A stretch of DNA of 64,000 bases, taken from the NCBI GenBank assembly GCA_026225415.1, contig JAMFSS010000002.1:25915-89914 (forward strand), in the 5' to 3' direction. Position numbers and translations under genes: made by a program. The notes beneath the pieces are model-generated. The model searched no databases, was not told the DNA's origin, and saw only the letters and a program-made list of their open reading frames with translations. Within the stretch, counting starts at the first letter, position 1, and each line of letters starts with the position of its first letter. The DNA is from Alphaproteobacteria bacterium. Its GTDB lineage: Bacteria > Pseudomonadota > Alphaproteobacteria > UBA9219. Below, piece by piece: positions 48,030 to 62,095 of this stretch.

Positions 48030-48470
48030 TCAGGTTGGCGTATGCAAATTTTTTCTTATAATGCGTCCGATGGGGTCGGCCTTGCCTACAAGACCATGTG
48101 CACCTTTTATGGGCGGCAATGCCGCTGGAACGGCTGAAGCCCTTAAACCAGCATGAGAGGTTGTAGGTTTCCGCACGACAACTGTTGCAGGTTTGGCGGT
48201 TGGCTTAGCAGGCGTAACTTGTGCGCTTTGCACACCGCGCAAGCTCTGAGGGCTTTTTTTTGCGGCTGGCTTGGCATCAAATTTTGGCTGGGCTAATTCC
48301 GCATCAGTAAGATGATATCCATTTCCTGCTCGTGTAGCCAAGCGGGCCGCCTTAGCAGCAGCTAAAGCTATAGTAAAAGTAGATACATCGGTCGAGGCTT
48401 TCGTGCCGTCATAGGCTGTGGGATCTGAGGGCTTTTTTGACTTTGAATTTTGTACCATAACAATACCCAT
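48030..48470 (-). CDS. Basic Lys/Ala/Pro-rich hypothetical protein
   Basis: AAGGA near the start, own downstream terminator, low complexity. Confidence 0.65.
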   Translation of the reverse strand: MGIVMVQNSKSKKPSDPTAYDGTKASTDVSTFTIALAAAKAARLATRAGNGYHLTDAELAQPKFDAKPAAKKSPQSLRGVQSAQVTPAKPTAKPATVVVRKPTTSHAGLRASAVPAALPPIKGAHGLVGKADPIGRIIRKNLHTPT

Positions 48471-48533
48471 CCTTGAAAAATTGATTACCCAACAACCCTA
48501 TCAAACCAAGGTAAATATGCGGTTAATTCAAAG

Positions 48534-48569
48534 AAAAACCCCGCCAGAGGCTCTCTGGCGGGGGTTTTT
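48534..48569 (-). terminator. Intrinsic terminator of rpoC
   Basis: AAAAACCCCGCCAGAG-GCT-CTCTGGCGGGGGTTTTT, about 20 bp after the rpoC stop. Confidence 0.88.
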
Positions 48570-48588
48570 AGTCTTTTAGACGAAGCTT

Positions 48589-52790
<4,202 letters not shown>

Positions 52791-52798
52791 TTAGTTTA

Positions 52799-55700
52799 TT
52801 ATTCGGCAGATTCCGGCAAAGCTGTCGGCGGGTTGTTGTCGTTCGACCCGTCTTCCAGCTCTTCCATTTTCTTTTGATCCATTTCGACATTCAGGCCGAG
52901 CGAACGAAGTTCCTTGACCAAAACGTTGAAGGATTCCGGAATACCGGCTTCGAAATTATCTTCGCCGCGGACGATGGATTCGTAAACCTTGGTACGGCCT
53001 GAAACGTCATCCGATTTAACGGTGAGCATTTCCTGCAGCGTATAGGCTGCGCCGTATGCTTCCAATGCCCAGACTTCCATTTCCCCGAAGCGTTGACCGC
53101 CGAATTGCGCCTTGCCGCCCAACGGTTGTTGGGTGACGAGCGAATAAGGGCCGATCGAACGGGCGTGGATCTTGTCATCAACCAAATGGTGAAGTTTGAG
53201 CATATAAATATACCCAACCGTCACTTTGCGGTCGAAGGCTTCGCCTGTGCGTCCATCGATCAAGGTTGATTGACCGGAGGTGTTTAGACCCGCCAGCGTC
53301 AGCATTTGTTCAATGTCGGCTTCGCGCGCGCCATCGAACACCGGTGTTGCCATCGGCACGCCGGGTTTCAGGTTGCGTGACAGTTCCAGAATTTCTTCGT
53401 CATTCAATTCGGAAACATCGCGTTTATAGGTTTCTTCGCCGTAAGCGGTCTTCAACTGGTTGCGAAGATCGACCAAGGTCGCCTTCTTGCCCTGTTTGAT
53501 TTGCGCATTATACGTATCGTAAACCGCGCCGATTTGTTGGCCCAGATTTGCCGACGCCCAACCCAGATGGGTTTCCAGAATCTGACCGACATTCATACGC
53601 GAAGGAACGCCAAGCGGGTTCAACACAATATCAACGCTGGTGCCGTCTTCCAGATAAGGCATGTCTTCGACAGGCAAGATGCGCGAGACGACACCCTTGT
53701 TACCGTGACGGCCGGCCATTTTGTCGCCCGGTTGAAGCTTACGCTTCACCGCCACAAACACTTTGACCATCTTCATCACGCCGGGCGGCAATTCATCGCC
53801 ACGTTGCAGTTTGGAGACCTTGTCTTCAAAACGCTTCTTCAACGCGTTGATCTGGTCGTCGAAAACTTTGCCGATGGCTTCGATTTCTTCCATCACCTTG
53901 TTTTCTTTGACGGTGATCTGACGCCATTGGCCATGTGTGTATTCGGCCAATGCTTCTTCGGTGATCGCTTTGCCGGTCGGGAAGCTCTTGGGGCCGTTTT
54001 CGGCCTTCTTGCCCAACAACAAAATCTTCAAACGATCGAAATAGCCGCGTTCCAGAATGGCGCGTTCATCGTCGCGATCCTTTGCCAAACGTTCGATTTC
54101 CGAACGTTCGATGGCAATGGCGCGTTGATCCTTGTCAACGCCGCGACGCGAGAACACGCGCACTTCGACGATGGTGCCGGTAACGCCGGGTGGCAGACGG
54201 AGCGACGTGTCGCGAACATCGGCGGCCTTTTCACCAAAGATGGCGCGCAGAAGTTTTTCTTCCGGCGTCATGGGGCTTTCGCCCTTTGGTGTGACTTTGC
54301 CGATCAGAATATCGCCGGGGTTTACTTCCGCGCCGATATAAACGATGCCGGCTTCGTCAAGATTCTTCAGCGCTTCTTCTCCGACATTCGGGATGTCGCG
54401 CGTGATTTCTTCCTGACCCAGCTTGGTGTCACGCGCCATCACTTCGAATTCTTCGATATGGATGGAGGTGAACACGTCGTCTTTGACGATACGTTCGGAG
54501 ATCAGAATTGAATCTTCGAAATTGTAACCGTTCCAAGGCATGAAGGCGACGAGGACGTTACGGCCGAGAGCCAATTCGCCCAATTCGGTCGCGGGGCCGT
54601 CGGCGATGATATCGCTCTTGCCGACCACATCGCCCACCTTGACCAACGGACGCTGTGTAATACAGGTGCTTTGGTTCGAGCGTTGGAATTTCAGCAGATT
54701 ATAGATATCGACCGAAGGCGCCGACGAGTCGGTTTCTTCGTTCGCACGAACAACGATACGCGTTGCGTCAACCTGATCGATGGTCCCTGCCCGACGCGCG
54801 ACGATTGCAACGCCGGAGTCACGGGCAACAATGCCTTCCATGCCGGTGCCAACCAAAGGCGCATCGTTGCGCAACAAGGGCACAGCCTGACGTTGCATGT
54901 TCGAGCCCATCAAGGCGCGGTTAGCATCATCGTTTTCAAGGAAGGGAATGAGCGCCGCAGCAACCGACACGATTTGTTTTGGCGACACATCGATAAATTC
55001 GACTTCTTCCGGCGTCACAGTGATATTTTCACCGGCCTTGCGGACGATGACATGTTCCTGAGTCAGCTTGCCAGCCTTATCCATAATCGCATTCGCCTGC
55101 GCAATCGTATATTGGCCTTCTTCCATGGCCGACAAATAAACGATTTCGGATGTAACCTTGCCGCCCTTGACGCGACGATACGGGCTTTCAATAAAGCCAT
55201 ATTGATTGACGCGGGCATAGGTCGCCAGCGACGAAATCAGACCGATATTCGGGCCTTCCGGCGTTTCAATCGGGCAGATGCGGCCATAATGGGTTGGATG
55301 AACGTCGCGGACTTCAAAGCCGGCGCGTTCGCGGGTCAAACCGCCAGGCCCAAGGGCGGAAACGCGGCGTTTATGCGTGATTTCCGACAGCGGGTTGGTT
55401 TGATCCATAAATTGCGACAGCTGTGACGAACCAAAGAATTCGCGGACAGCGGCAGCCGCAGGTTTCGCATTGATCAAATCATGCGGCATAACCGTATCGA
55501 TTTCGATAGACGACATACGTTCGCGGATCGCGCGTTCCATACGCACCAGACCGATGCGATATTGGTTTTCCATCAATTCGCCAACCGAACGAACGCGGCG
55601 GTTGCCCAAATGATCGATATCGTCGATTTCGCCACGACCATCTTTCAGGTCGCACATGATGCCGATGATTTTCAAAACGTCTTCCTTACGAAGCACGCGA

Positions 55701-57082
55701 ACCTGATCGTCTGTCTTGAAGCCGAGGCGCGAATTCATCTTCACGCGGCCAACGGGCGACAAATCATAACGATCCATCTGGAAGAACAGGCCTTGGAACA
55801 AGGCTTCCGCCGATTCCAGCGTTGGCGGTTCACCGGGACGCATGACGCGGTAAATGTCGATCAGCGCTTCTTCGCGTGTCGCATTTTTATCGGCCATCAA
55901 TGTGTTGCGGATATAAGGGCCGACATTGACATGATCGATGCCGAGCGTCGCGATTTCCTTGATGCCGGTTGCTTCCAATGCTTCCAGACCATCGGTGGTG
56001 ATTTCGTCACCGGATTCAAACATAACTTCGCCGGTTTGTTCGTTGATGATATCTGTCGCCAGATAACGGCCAACAACCGCGTCGGATTGAACCAGAATTT
56101 CCTTCAGGCCGCCTTCGACCAGCTTGGCGATAACGCGCGCCGTAACCTTGGTGCCGGCTTCGATCGCGACTTTGCCGTTCTTGGCGTCGATCAAGTCGAT
56201 CAGCATTTTCTGACCCTTGATGCTTTCGGGATTAAACGCTGTCGCCCAACCCTTCTTGTCGCGTTTGAAACCAACGGTCGTGTAGAACGCCGACAGGATT
56301 TCTTCCTTGGTCATGCCCTGCACTTCGAACGCCTGCAAAGGCTTGCCTTCCTTCAAACGCTTGGCGCGCAGTTTTTCGGTTTCGGCGCTGTCCAACGCAT
56401 AGAGCAACGATGTCACCGGCAATTTGCGGCGGCGATCGATACGGGCGAATACCAAATCCTTGGCATCGAATTCAAAATCGAGCCATGAACCGCGATAAGG
56501 GATAACGCGCGCGGCGAAAAGATATTTGCCCGACGAATGGGTTTTACCCTTGTCGTGATCGAAGAACACGCCGGGGCTGCGGTGCATTTGTGAAACGATA
56601 ACGCGTTCGGTGCCATTGACGATAAAGGTGCCGTTGGCGGTCATGAGCGGCATGTCGCCCATGTAAACATCTTGTTCCTTGATGTCGCGGATCGACTTCA
56701 CACCGGTGTTTTCTTCAACATCGAACACGGTCAGGCGCAGCGTTACCTTAAGAGGTGCGGCAAATGTCACGCCGCGTTGTTGACATTCTTCAACGTCATA
56801 TTTTGGTGTTTCCAGTTCGTAGGACAGGAAATCAAGAACGGCCTTGCCCGAAAAATCGGAGATAGGGAACGCAGACATAAGAACGTCTTGCAGACCGCGA
56901 CGCTCGCGCTTGTCGGCGGCGATTTCCATTTGCAGGAATTCGTCATACGAGCGACGTTGCACTTCGATCAGATTGGGCATTTCCGCAATTTCGGGAATGC
57001 GGCCAAAACTTTTGCGTATTTTCTTGCGGCCTGTGAATGTTTTGCTTGGGTTGATGCTGATCGCTGCGCCGTTGGTCGCCAT
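52799..57082 (-). CDS. rpoB: RNA polymerase beta subunit
   Basis: [43 protein letters not shown]. Confidence 0.98.
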   Translation of the reverse strand: MATNGAAISINPSKTFTGRKKIRKSFGRIPEIAEMPNLIEVQRRSYDEFLQMEIAADKRERRGLQDVLMSAFPISDFSGKAVLDFLSYELETPKYDVEECQQRGVTFAAPLKVTLRLTVFDVEENTGVKSIRDIKEQDVYMGDMPLMTANGTFIVNGTERVIVSQMHRSPGVFFDHDKGKTHSSGKYLFAARVIPYRGSWLDFEFDAKDLVFARIDRRRKLPVTSLLYALDSAETEKLRAKRLKEGKPLQAFEVQGMTKEEILSAFYTTVGFKRDKKGWATAFNPESIKGQKMLIDLIDAKNGKVAIEAGTKVTARVIAKLVEGGLKEILVQSDAVVGRYLATDIINEQTGEVMFESGDEITTDGLEALEATGIKEIATLGIDHVNVGPYIRNTLMADKNATREEALIDIYRVMRPGEPPTLESAEALFQGLFFQMDRYDLSPVGRVKMNSRLGFKTDDQVRVLRKEDVLKIIGIMCDLKDGRGEIDDIDHLGNRRVRSVGELMENQYRIGLVRMERAIRERMSSIEIDTVMPHDLINAKPAAAAVREFFGSSQLSQFMDQTNPLSEITHKRRVSALGPGGLTRERAGFEVRDVHPTHYGRICPIETPEGPNIGLISSLATYARVNQYGFIESPYRRVKGGKVTSEIVYLSAMEEGQYTIAQANAIMDKAGKLTQEHVIVRKAGENITVTPEEVEFIDVSPKQIVSVAAALIPFLENDDANRALMGSNMQRQAVPLLRNDAPLVGTGMEGIVARDSGVAIVARRAGTIDQVDATRIVVRANEETDSSAPSVDIYNLLKFQRSNQSTCITQRPLVKVGDVVGKSDIIADGPATELGELALGRNVLVAFMPWNGYNFEDSILISERIVKDDVFTSIHIEEFEVMARDTKLGQEEITRDIPNVGEEALKNLDEAGIVYIGAEVNPGDILIGKVTPKGESPMTPEEKLLRAIFGEKAADVRDTSLRLPPGVTGTIVEVRVFSRRGVDKDQRAIAIERSEIERLAKDRDDERAILERGYFDRLKILLLGKKAENGPKSFPTGKAITEEALAEYTHGQWRQITVKENKVMEEIEAIGKVFDDQINALKKRFEDKVSKLQRGDELPPGVMKMVKVFVAVKRKLQPGDKMAGRHGNKGVVSRILPVEDMPYLEDGTSVDIVLNPLGVPSRMNVGQILETHLGWASANLGQQIGAVYDTYNAQIKQGKKATLVDLRNQLKTAYGEETYKRDVSELNDEEILELSRNLKPGVPMATPVFDGAREADIEQMLTLAGLNTSGQSTLIDGRTGEAFDRKVTVGYIYMLKLHHLVDDKIHARSIGPYSLVTQQPLGGKAQFGGQRFGEMEVWALEAYGAAYTLQEMLTVKSDDVSGRTKVYESIVRGEDNFEAGIPESFNVLVKELRSLGLNVEMDQKKMEELEDGSNDNNPPTALPESAE

Positions 57083-57229
57083 GCTTGCCCCTTATAGATG
57101 TGTCCCGCGTACAGCGAGACTGTGCGAAAAATCGAAATCCACGCCAGAAAAGCAAAAAAATCCGCACGACAACAAGGAGGATTTCCCCGTTCGTTGAGCA
57201 GAACTGCTTTTCTAGCAAATTGTCGCGGG

Positions 57230-57258
57230 AATATGAAGGTATTAACGAATGATTGCAA
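57230..57258 (-). promoter_or_regulatory. Putative rpoB promoter
   Basis: TTGCAA-17 bp-CATATT on the minus strand. Confidence 0.45.
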
Positions 57259-57416
57259 GAGTAAAGTTTTATTATAAATCAATAATTTACACCGCAAGCC
57301 GTCGGCTCGTGGGCAACCAAGCTTCCGGCACAGTTATGGAGCATTGCGCATAAAGAAAATATATGTAAATCTTCTTCCATCAAATTTTTAGTTTTTTATT
57401 ATAAGAGGATGCCCGA

Positions 57417-58778
57417 ATGCCACATATAATTTCTCGTCGCGATTTGATGACTGGCTCACTTGCCACTGCTGCCGTGAGCTTATTAAATCCCCGTGAAGCT
57501 GTGGCGGGGCCATGGGCCGCTGCTCTGGGATATTTTTTGGGTGGGGATATCATCACTGCGGTTGCCGAGGTCATTGAGGATTTATACACAGGCAGCAGCA
57601 GACAAAGCGGTTCCGCAAATTACGGCGACAGATTTTCCGCCATCAATAATAGATTTTCCCAGGTTAACGGAACTTTGAGCCGCGTCGCAGAAAGCGTGAA
57701 GACGCTTGCCTCCACCCAAGAAAGAATTCTCGATCTTTTAGCCACACAGAGAATAGTGATGCGTCAGGAAATCCGCGCAGCCTTTCTTGCCAACGACACA
57801 GCGGATCTTACCGCTATGGGGCAACATTACAAAGACTTGCTGGCCTATGGCGATATTGAAAGCCAACGCGGAGAATTAAATAACCTGGTTGGCCGCGTCG
57901 GCGAAGTCGCGGCAAAAATTTCCACCTATGGCGTGCCTGCAGTTGCGGCCTATCACGCAGCGATCGCGCTTCAAAACGCCGCGCATCTAACATTGGGGAC
58001 ACCGCCGCAGGTCATCAAAGAAATTAACTATAGCCACTATATGAATTTAAATTATCTCTTATCAGGTGGTGGGCCGGATTCCTTGCCCGCCATCATCCGC
58101 GCCAATTATAATTCTTCTTTAGACGGCTTGCCTTCGGATTCCCCGCTACGTCAATTCGGGTACAAAATCCCCCTTTGGTATCACATCCAAGGTTACAGCA
58201 ACCAAAGTTATGCCACCGGAACAGTGCGTGGCTTTGTGTATGAAGGCATTGTGAATAACGAGCCTGTTTTCCAAGCCTACACGGATCGAAAAAACATCAA
58301 CAATGATAATTATAATCCTCAATCAACGGACTACCAATATGCGTATGGCTATTATGAAAATTTCCAGCGCTACGCAAATGGATCTCTTGCCAGAATTCAG
58401 CCCCACCCGATAAGTTATGGCGGCACGCTTCGAACCGAAAATTATCGCGAGCCTTATATTGATAGGGACGGCTACCCTTGGGATAATACCGACCTGAACG
58501 CAAAGCTTGTGCAGGAGCGCATTATGCTTCGGCAATATTATGTGTATCTGCATAACGCAGGCTATTCGGGCACGAATATTACCCCCAATAGTGTGGGTGG
58601 TGGTATGACAAGCGGACAGGCCGATATACAGCAGGAATTAGGGACCAGTATTGCCGCCGTAACCCGCATTTGGAATGCGGCCAATAAAAAGGCCGGGTTC
58701 CAATTAGGTATGGCCACGGCACCGGAAATACCGGGAAGACGAGATGCCGGAAACCAAAGCAGCGTGTTCAGGCTCTAG
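57417..58778 (+). CDS. Tat-signal hypothetical protein, helical N-half and Tyr/Asn-rich C-half
   Basis: GAGG RBS; SRRDLM twin-Arg motif, hydrophobic core, AVA cleavage site. Confidence 0.8.
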   Translation: MPHIISRRDLMTGSLATAAVSLLNPREAVAGPWAAALGYFLGGDIITAVAEVIEDLYTGSSRQSGSANYGDRFSAINNRFSQVNGTLSRVAESVKTLASTQERILDLLATQRIVMRQEIRAAFLANDTADLTAMGQHYKDLLAYGDIESQRGELNNLVGRVGEVAAKISTYGVPAVAAYHAAIALQNAAHLTLGTPPQVIKEINYSHYMNLNYLLSGGGPDSLPAIIRANYNSSLDGLPSDSPLRQFGYKIPLWYHIQGYSNQSYATGTVRGFVYEGIVNNEPVFQAYTDRKNINNDNYNPQSTDYQYAYGYYENFQRYANGSLARIQPHPISYGGTLRTENYREPYIDRDGYPWDNTDLNAKLVQERIMLRQYYVYLHNAGYSGTNITPNSVGGGMTSGQADIQQELGTSIAAVTRIWNAANKKAGFQLGMATAPEIPGRRDAGNQSSVFRL

Positions 58779-59803
58779 ACGGGTGCCCAAAGGATATTTT
58801 CGATTTCTTCTGTACCGGCACACAGCATCACAAGACGGTCGAAACCGAGCGCGATGCCGGAGCTGTCTGGCATGCCGTGACGCAGGGCGGTGATGAAATC
58901 CATGTCGATCGGGTAACGCTCGCCATAGATTTTTTCTTTTTCATCCATGTCAGCGTGAAAGCGCCGCAGCTGTTCTTCGGGGTTGGTAAGTTCATCAAAC
59001 GCATTGGCGATTTCGTAACCACAGATAAAAAGCTCGAACCGTTCCGCCAGACGAGGATCATCGCGTTTGGGTCGCGCCAGCGCCGCCATGCTGACGGGAT
59101 AGTCAGTTAAAAAAGTTGGTTGTGTTTTGCCCAGCAAAGGTTCGATTTTTTCGCCCATAACGCGGAAGAAAAGATCATCCCAATTGTCATCGCGCGATGC
59201 CCGAAATCCGGCAAGCGCCACTTTTTCACGCAATAAATCCGTATTGCCGACGGTCGCCATAAGATCAATACCCGCATATTTTTGAAACGCGTCCGGCACG
59301 CTGAGCGTTTCCCATGCCGCAAACGGATCACACGCCATGCCTTGCGCCACGAATTTTTTAATGCCCGCAACCGATGCCGCCGCGCGGATCAGGTTAACGC
59401 AATCCTGTTTAATAACATCCAGCCGCACGCCAACGCGATACCATTCCAGCATGGAAAATTCGGGGTGGTGGCGTGATGACCGTTCGCCATTGCGGAACAC
59501 ATGCGCCAGTTGGAAAATTTTTTCGGCACCGGCAATCAACAATTTTTTCATCGCCAGTTCGGGACTGGTATGCAGCCGATAAGTTTGTTTGTCGCCATTG
59601 ATATGATTGACGAAATGCGTGGTAAAGGCATGCAGATGGGTTTCATTCCCGGGCGAAATTTGCAACGCGGGCGTTTCCACCTCGTCAAATCCCTGCCCTT
59701 CAAAATAATGACGCATGGCGCGCAAAACATTTTGGCGGATGGCCAGATTGGCGCGGCGTTTGGCAAATTGATCGGGTCGCCAGAAGGGAATTGCCGCAGC
59801 CAT
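58775..59803 (-). CDS. epmA: EF-P lysine aminoacylase
   Basis: EVETP, LHTSPE, FRNGE...HHPEFSMLEWYR, ERFELF, GIALGFDRL; no anticodon-binding domain. Confidence 0.93.
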   Translation of the reverse strand: MAAAIPFWRPDQFAKRRANLAIRQNVLRAMRHYFEGQGFDEVETPALQISPGNETHLHAFTTHFVNHINGDKQTYRLHTSPELAMKKLLIAGAEKIFQLAHVFRNGERSSRHHPEFSMLEWYRVGVRLDVIKQDCVNLIRAAASVAGIKKFVAQGMACDPFAAWETLSVPDAFQKYAGIDLMATVGNTDLLREKVALAGFRASRDDNWDDLFFRVMGEKIEPLLGKTQPTFLTDYPVSMAALARPKRDDPRLAERFELFICGYEIANAFDELTNPEEQLRRFHADMDEKEKIYGERYPIDMDFITALRHGMPDSSGIALGFDRLVMLCAGTEEIENILWAPV

Positions 59804-62094
59804 TACGAAACGACTTTCACAAAACCGGCCATGACCTTTAACACGCCCTTTTTCTCGAAAGCGACTTCCAGCTTGTCGTGATCGACGCGGCGGACAATGC
59901 CGGTGCCGAATTTTTCGTGGGTGACGCGGTCGCCGATATTGGGTTCGCCTTCGCGGCGTGGGGTCGCCACAACCGTGGCGCGGCCTTCGATTAGACGCGA
60001 AGCCCCCTTGGCCTCCGAAGCTTTAGCGAAGGATGGCTGCCCCGCCTGTATCTGTTGCCACAGCGGTGCAATTTTTTCGCGGCGGGGTTCATCGCCCCAT
60101 CCTCGCGATGATGATGCTCGCATACCCGCATTCGCGCTGTTACCAATTGCGGAATGGCGAATAATGTGCGGTTCGGGCAATTCTTCCAAAAACCGCGAAG
60201 GCAACGCGTTGACCCAACTACCATAAAGCAAACGATTGGCGACATGCGAAATAAAGGCGCGTTTTTTGGCGCGGGTGATGCCGACATAGGCCAGGCGGCG
60301 TTCTTCTTCCAATCCCGCGGTGCCATTTTCGTCAATCGAGCGGCGGCTGGGGAAAATATCTTCTTCCCATCCCGGCAGAAAAACAATATCGAATTCCAAA
60401 CCCTTGGCGCCGTGTAAGGTCATCAGGCTAACTTGTTCGGCTTCGTTCGAGCTTGTCGCTTCCAACACCAAAGACACATGTTCCAAAAACGCGGGCAGCG
60501 TGTCGAATTCCGCCATTGCGCTGATGAGTTCTTTGAGATTGTCCAATCGCCCCGGCGCTTCGGGCGATTTATCCAATTGCCACATGCCTGTGTAACCGCT
60601 GTCATCCAATACAATCTGCGCGACTTCGGCATGGGGGATGTTTTGCAACAAGCCACGCCAACGCGCGAAATTTTCGGCGAACACGCGCAAGGTTTGGCGC
60701 AGTTTGGGTTTCAGCTCATCTGTCTCCACCAATCGCGTTGCGGATTCCAGCAAGGATATACGTTGCGATTTGGCAAAGATGTTGAGTTGCTGAATAGCCG
60801 CAGGGCCGATGCCGCGTTTCGGCGTATTGATAATGCGTTCAAACGCCAGATCATCATCGGGCGAATTCAAAAGACGCATATAGGCCATGGCGTCGCGGAT
60901 TTCGGCGCGTTCATAAAAACGCGCGCCAACCAAAACGCGGTATGGGATGCCCAGTTGGATAAAGCGTTCTTCAAACGCGCGGGTTTGGAAACCGGCGCGC
61001 ACCATTACCGCGATTTCGTTCAATGATGTTTGTTTGCGTTGTTGGGTTTCAACTTCATCTGCGACCCAACGCGCTTCTTCTTCGCCGTCCCACAGGCTTT
61101 CGACGCGGACGGGGTCGCCCATATCGGCCGATGTCCATAATGTTTTGCCCAAGCGCATGCTGTTATTCGCGATGACATGCGATGCGGATGCCAGGATATG
61201 GCCGGTTGATCGATAATTTTCTTCCAACCGCACGACGGTGGCGCCGGGGAAATCCTCTTCAAATCTCAGAATGTTGCCGACTTCGGCGCCGCGCCAGCCG
61301 TAAATCGATTGGTCTTCGTCGCCGACGCAGCAGATATTTTTCCGTTCCTGTGCCAGCAAACGCAGCCACAGATATTGCACCGTGTTGGTGTCTTGATATT
61401 CATCGACCAGAATATAGCGGAAGCGGTTATGAAGTTCGGCAAGGATATCGGGGTGTTTCCGCAAGATGGTCAGATGATGCAAAAGCAAATCGCCAAAATC
61501 GCAGGCGTTGAGTTCCAGCAAACGCTGTTGATAGGCGGCATAGATTTTCGGCACTTTGCCATCAGCTAGCTGGCTTTTTTCATGCGCAACATCGTGCGGC
61601 AATAAGCCACGGTCTTTCCACCGGCTGATAACCGCCAGCAAGGCGCGCGCCGGTGATTTTTTATCATCGATATTTTCGGCTTCGAGCAATTGTTTGATAA
61701 GCCGCGTCTGGTCATCATCATCCAGAATGGTGAAATTGGGCTTCAACCCGACCAGTTCGGCATGCGGACGCAATAACCGCGCCGCCAGCGCGTGGAAAGT
61801 ACCCAGAAACCAGCCTTCGACCGAGCGCCCCAACATGTGGCCGACACGGTTGCGCACTTCGCCCGCGGCCTTGTTGGTGAAAGTCACCGCCAGAACCTGC
61901 CCTGGCATCGCTTTGCCGGTCATCAGCAAATGAACCAACCGCGCCGTGAGAACGCGCGTTTTGCCGGTGCCCGCGCCCGCCAAAACCAGAACGGGGCCAT
62001 CCAAAGCTTCGACCGCCGCGCGTTGCGCCGGGTTCAGCTTGTTTAGATAGGTCGGTTCTTCATGGGGGATGGGCGCAAGCGCAAAATCGCTCAT
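59803..62094 (-). CDS. uvrD: UvrD/PcrA DNA helicase
   Basis: AGAGTGKT, TFTNKAA, DEYQD, LEENYRS, HGAKGLE, EERRLAYVGITRA, C-terminal Tudor-like domain; start trimmed to MSDFAL. Confidence 0.95.
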   Translation of the reverse strand: MSDFALAPIPHEEPTYLNKLNPAQRAAVEALDGPVLVLAGAGTGKTRVLTARLVHLLMTGKAMPGQVLAVTFTNKAAGEVRNRVGHMLGRSVEGWFLGTFHALAARLLRPHAELVGLKPNFTILDDDDQTRLIKQLLEAENIDDKKSPARALLAVISRWKDRGLLPHDVAHEKSQLADGKVPKIYAAYQQRLLELNACDFGDLLLHHLTILRKHPDILAELHNRFRYILVDEYQDTNTVQYLWLRLLAQERKNICCVGDEDQSIYGWRGAEVGNILRFEEDFPGATVVRLEENYRSTGHILASASHVIANNSMRLGKTLWTSADMGDPVRVESLWDGEEEARWVADEVETQQRKQTSLNEIAVMVRAGFQTRAFEERFIQLGIPYRVLVGARFYERAEIRDAMAYMRLLNSPDDDLAFERIINTPKRGIGPAAIQQLNIFAKSQRISLLESATRLVETDELKPKLRQTLRVFAENFARWRGLLQNIPHAEVAQIVLDDSGYTGMWQLDKSPEAPGRLDNLKELISAMAEFDTLPAFLEHVSLVLEATSSNEAEQVSLMTLHGAKGLEFDIVFLPGWEEDIFPSRRSIDENGTAGLEEERRLAYVGITRAKKRAFISHVANRLLYGSWVNALPSRFLEELPEPHIIRHSAIGNSANAGMRASSSRGWGDEPRREKIAPLWQQIQAGQPSFAKASEAKGASRLIEGRATVVATPRREGEPNIGDRVTHEKFGTGIVRRVDHDKLEVAFEKKGVLKVMAGFVKVVS

Positions 62095-62095
62095 A

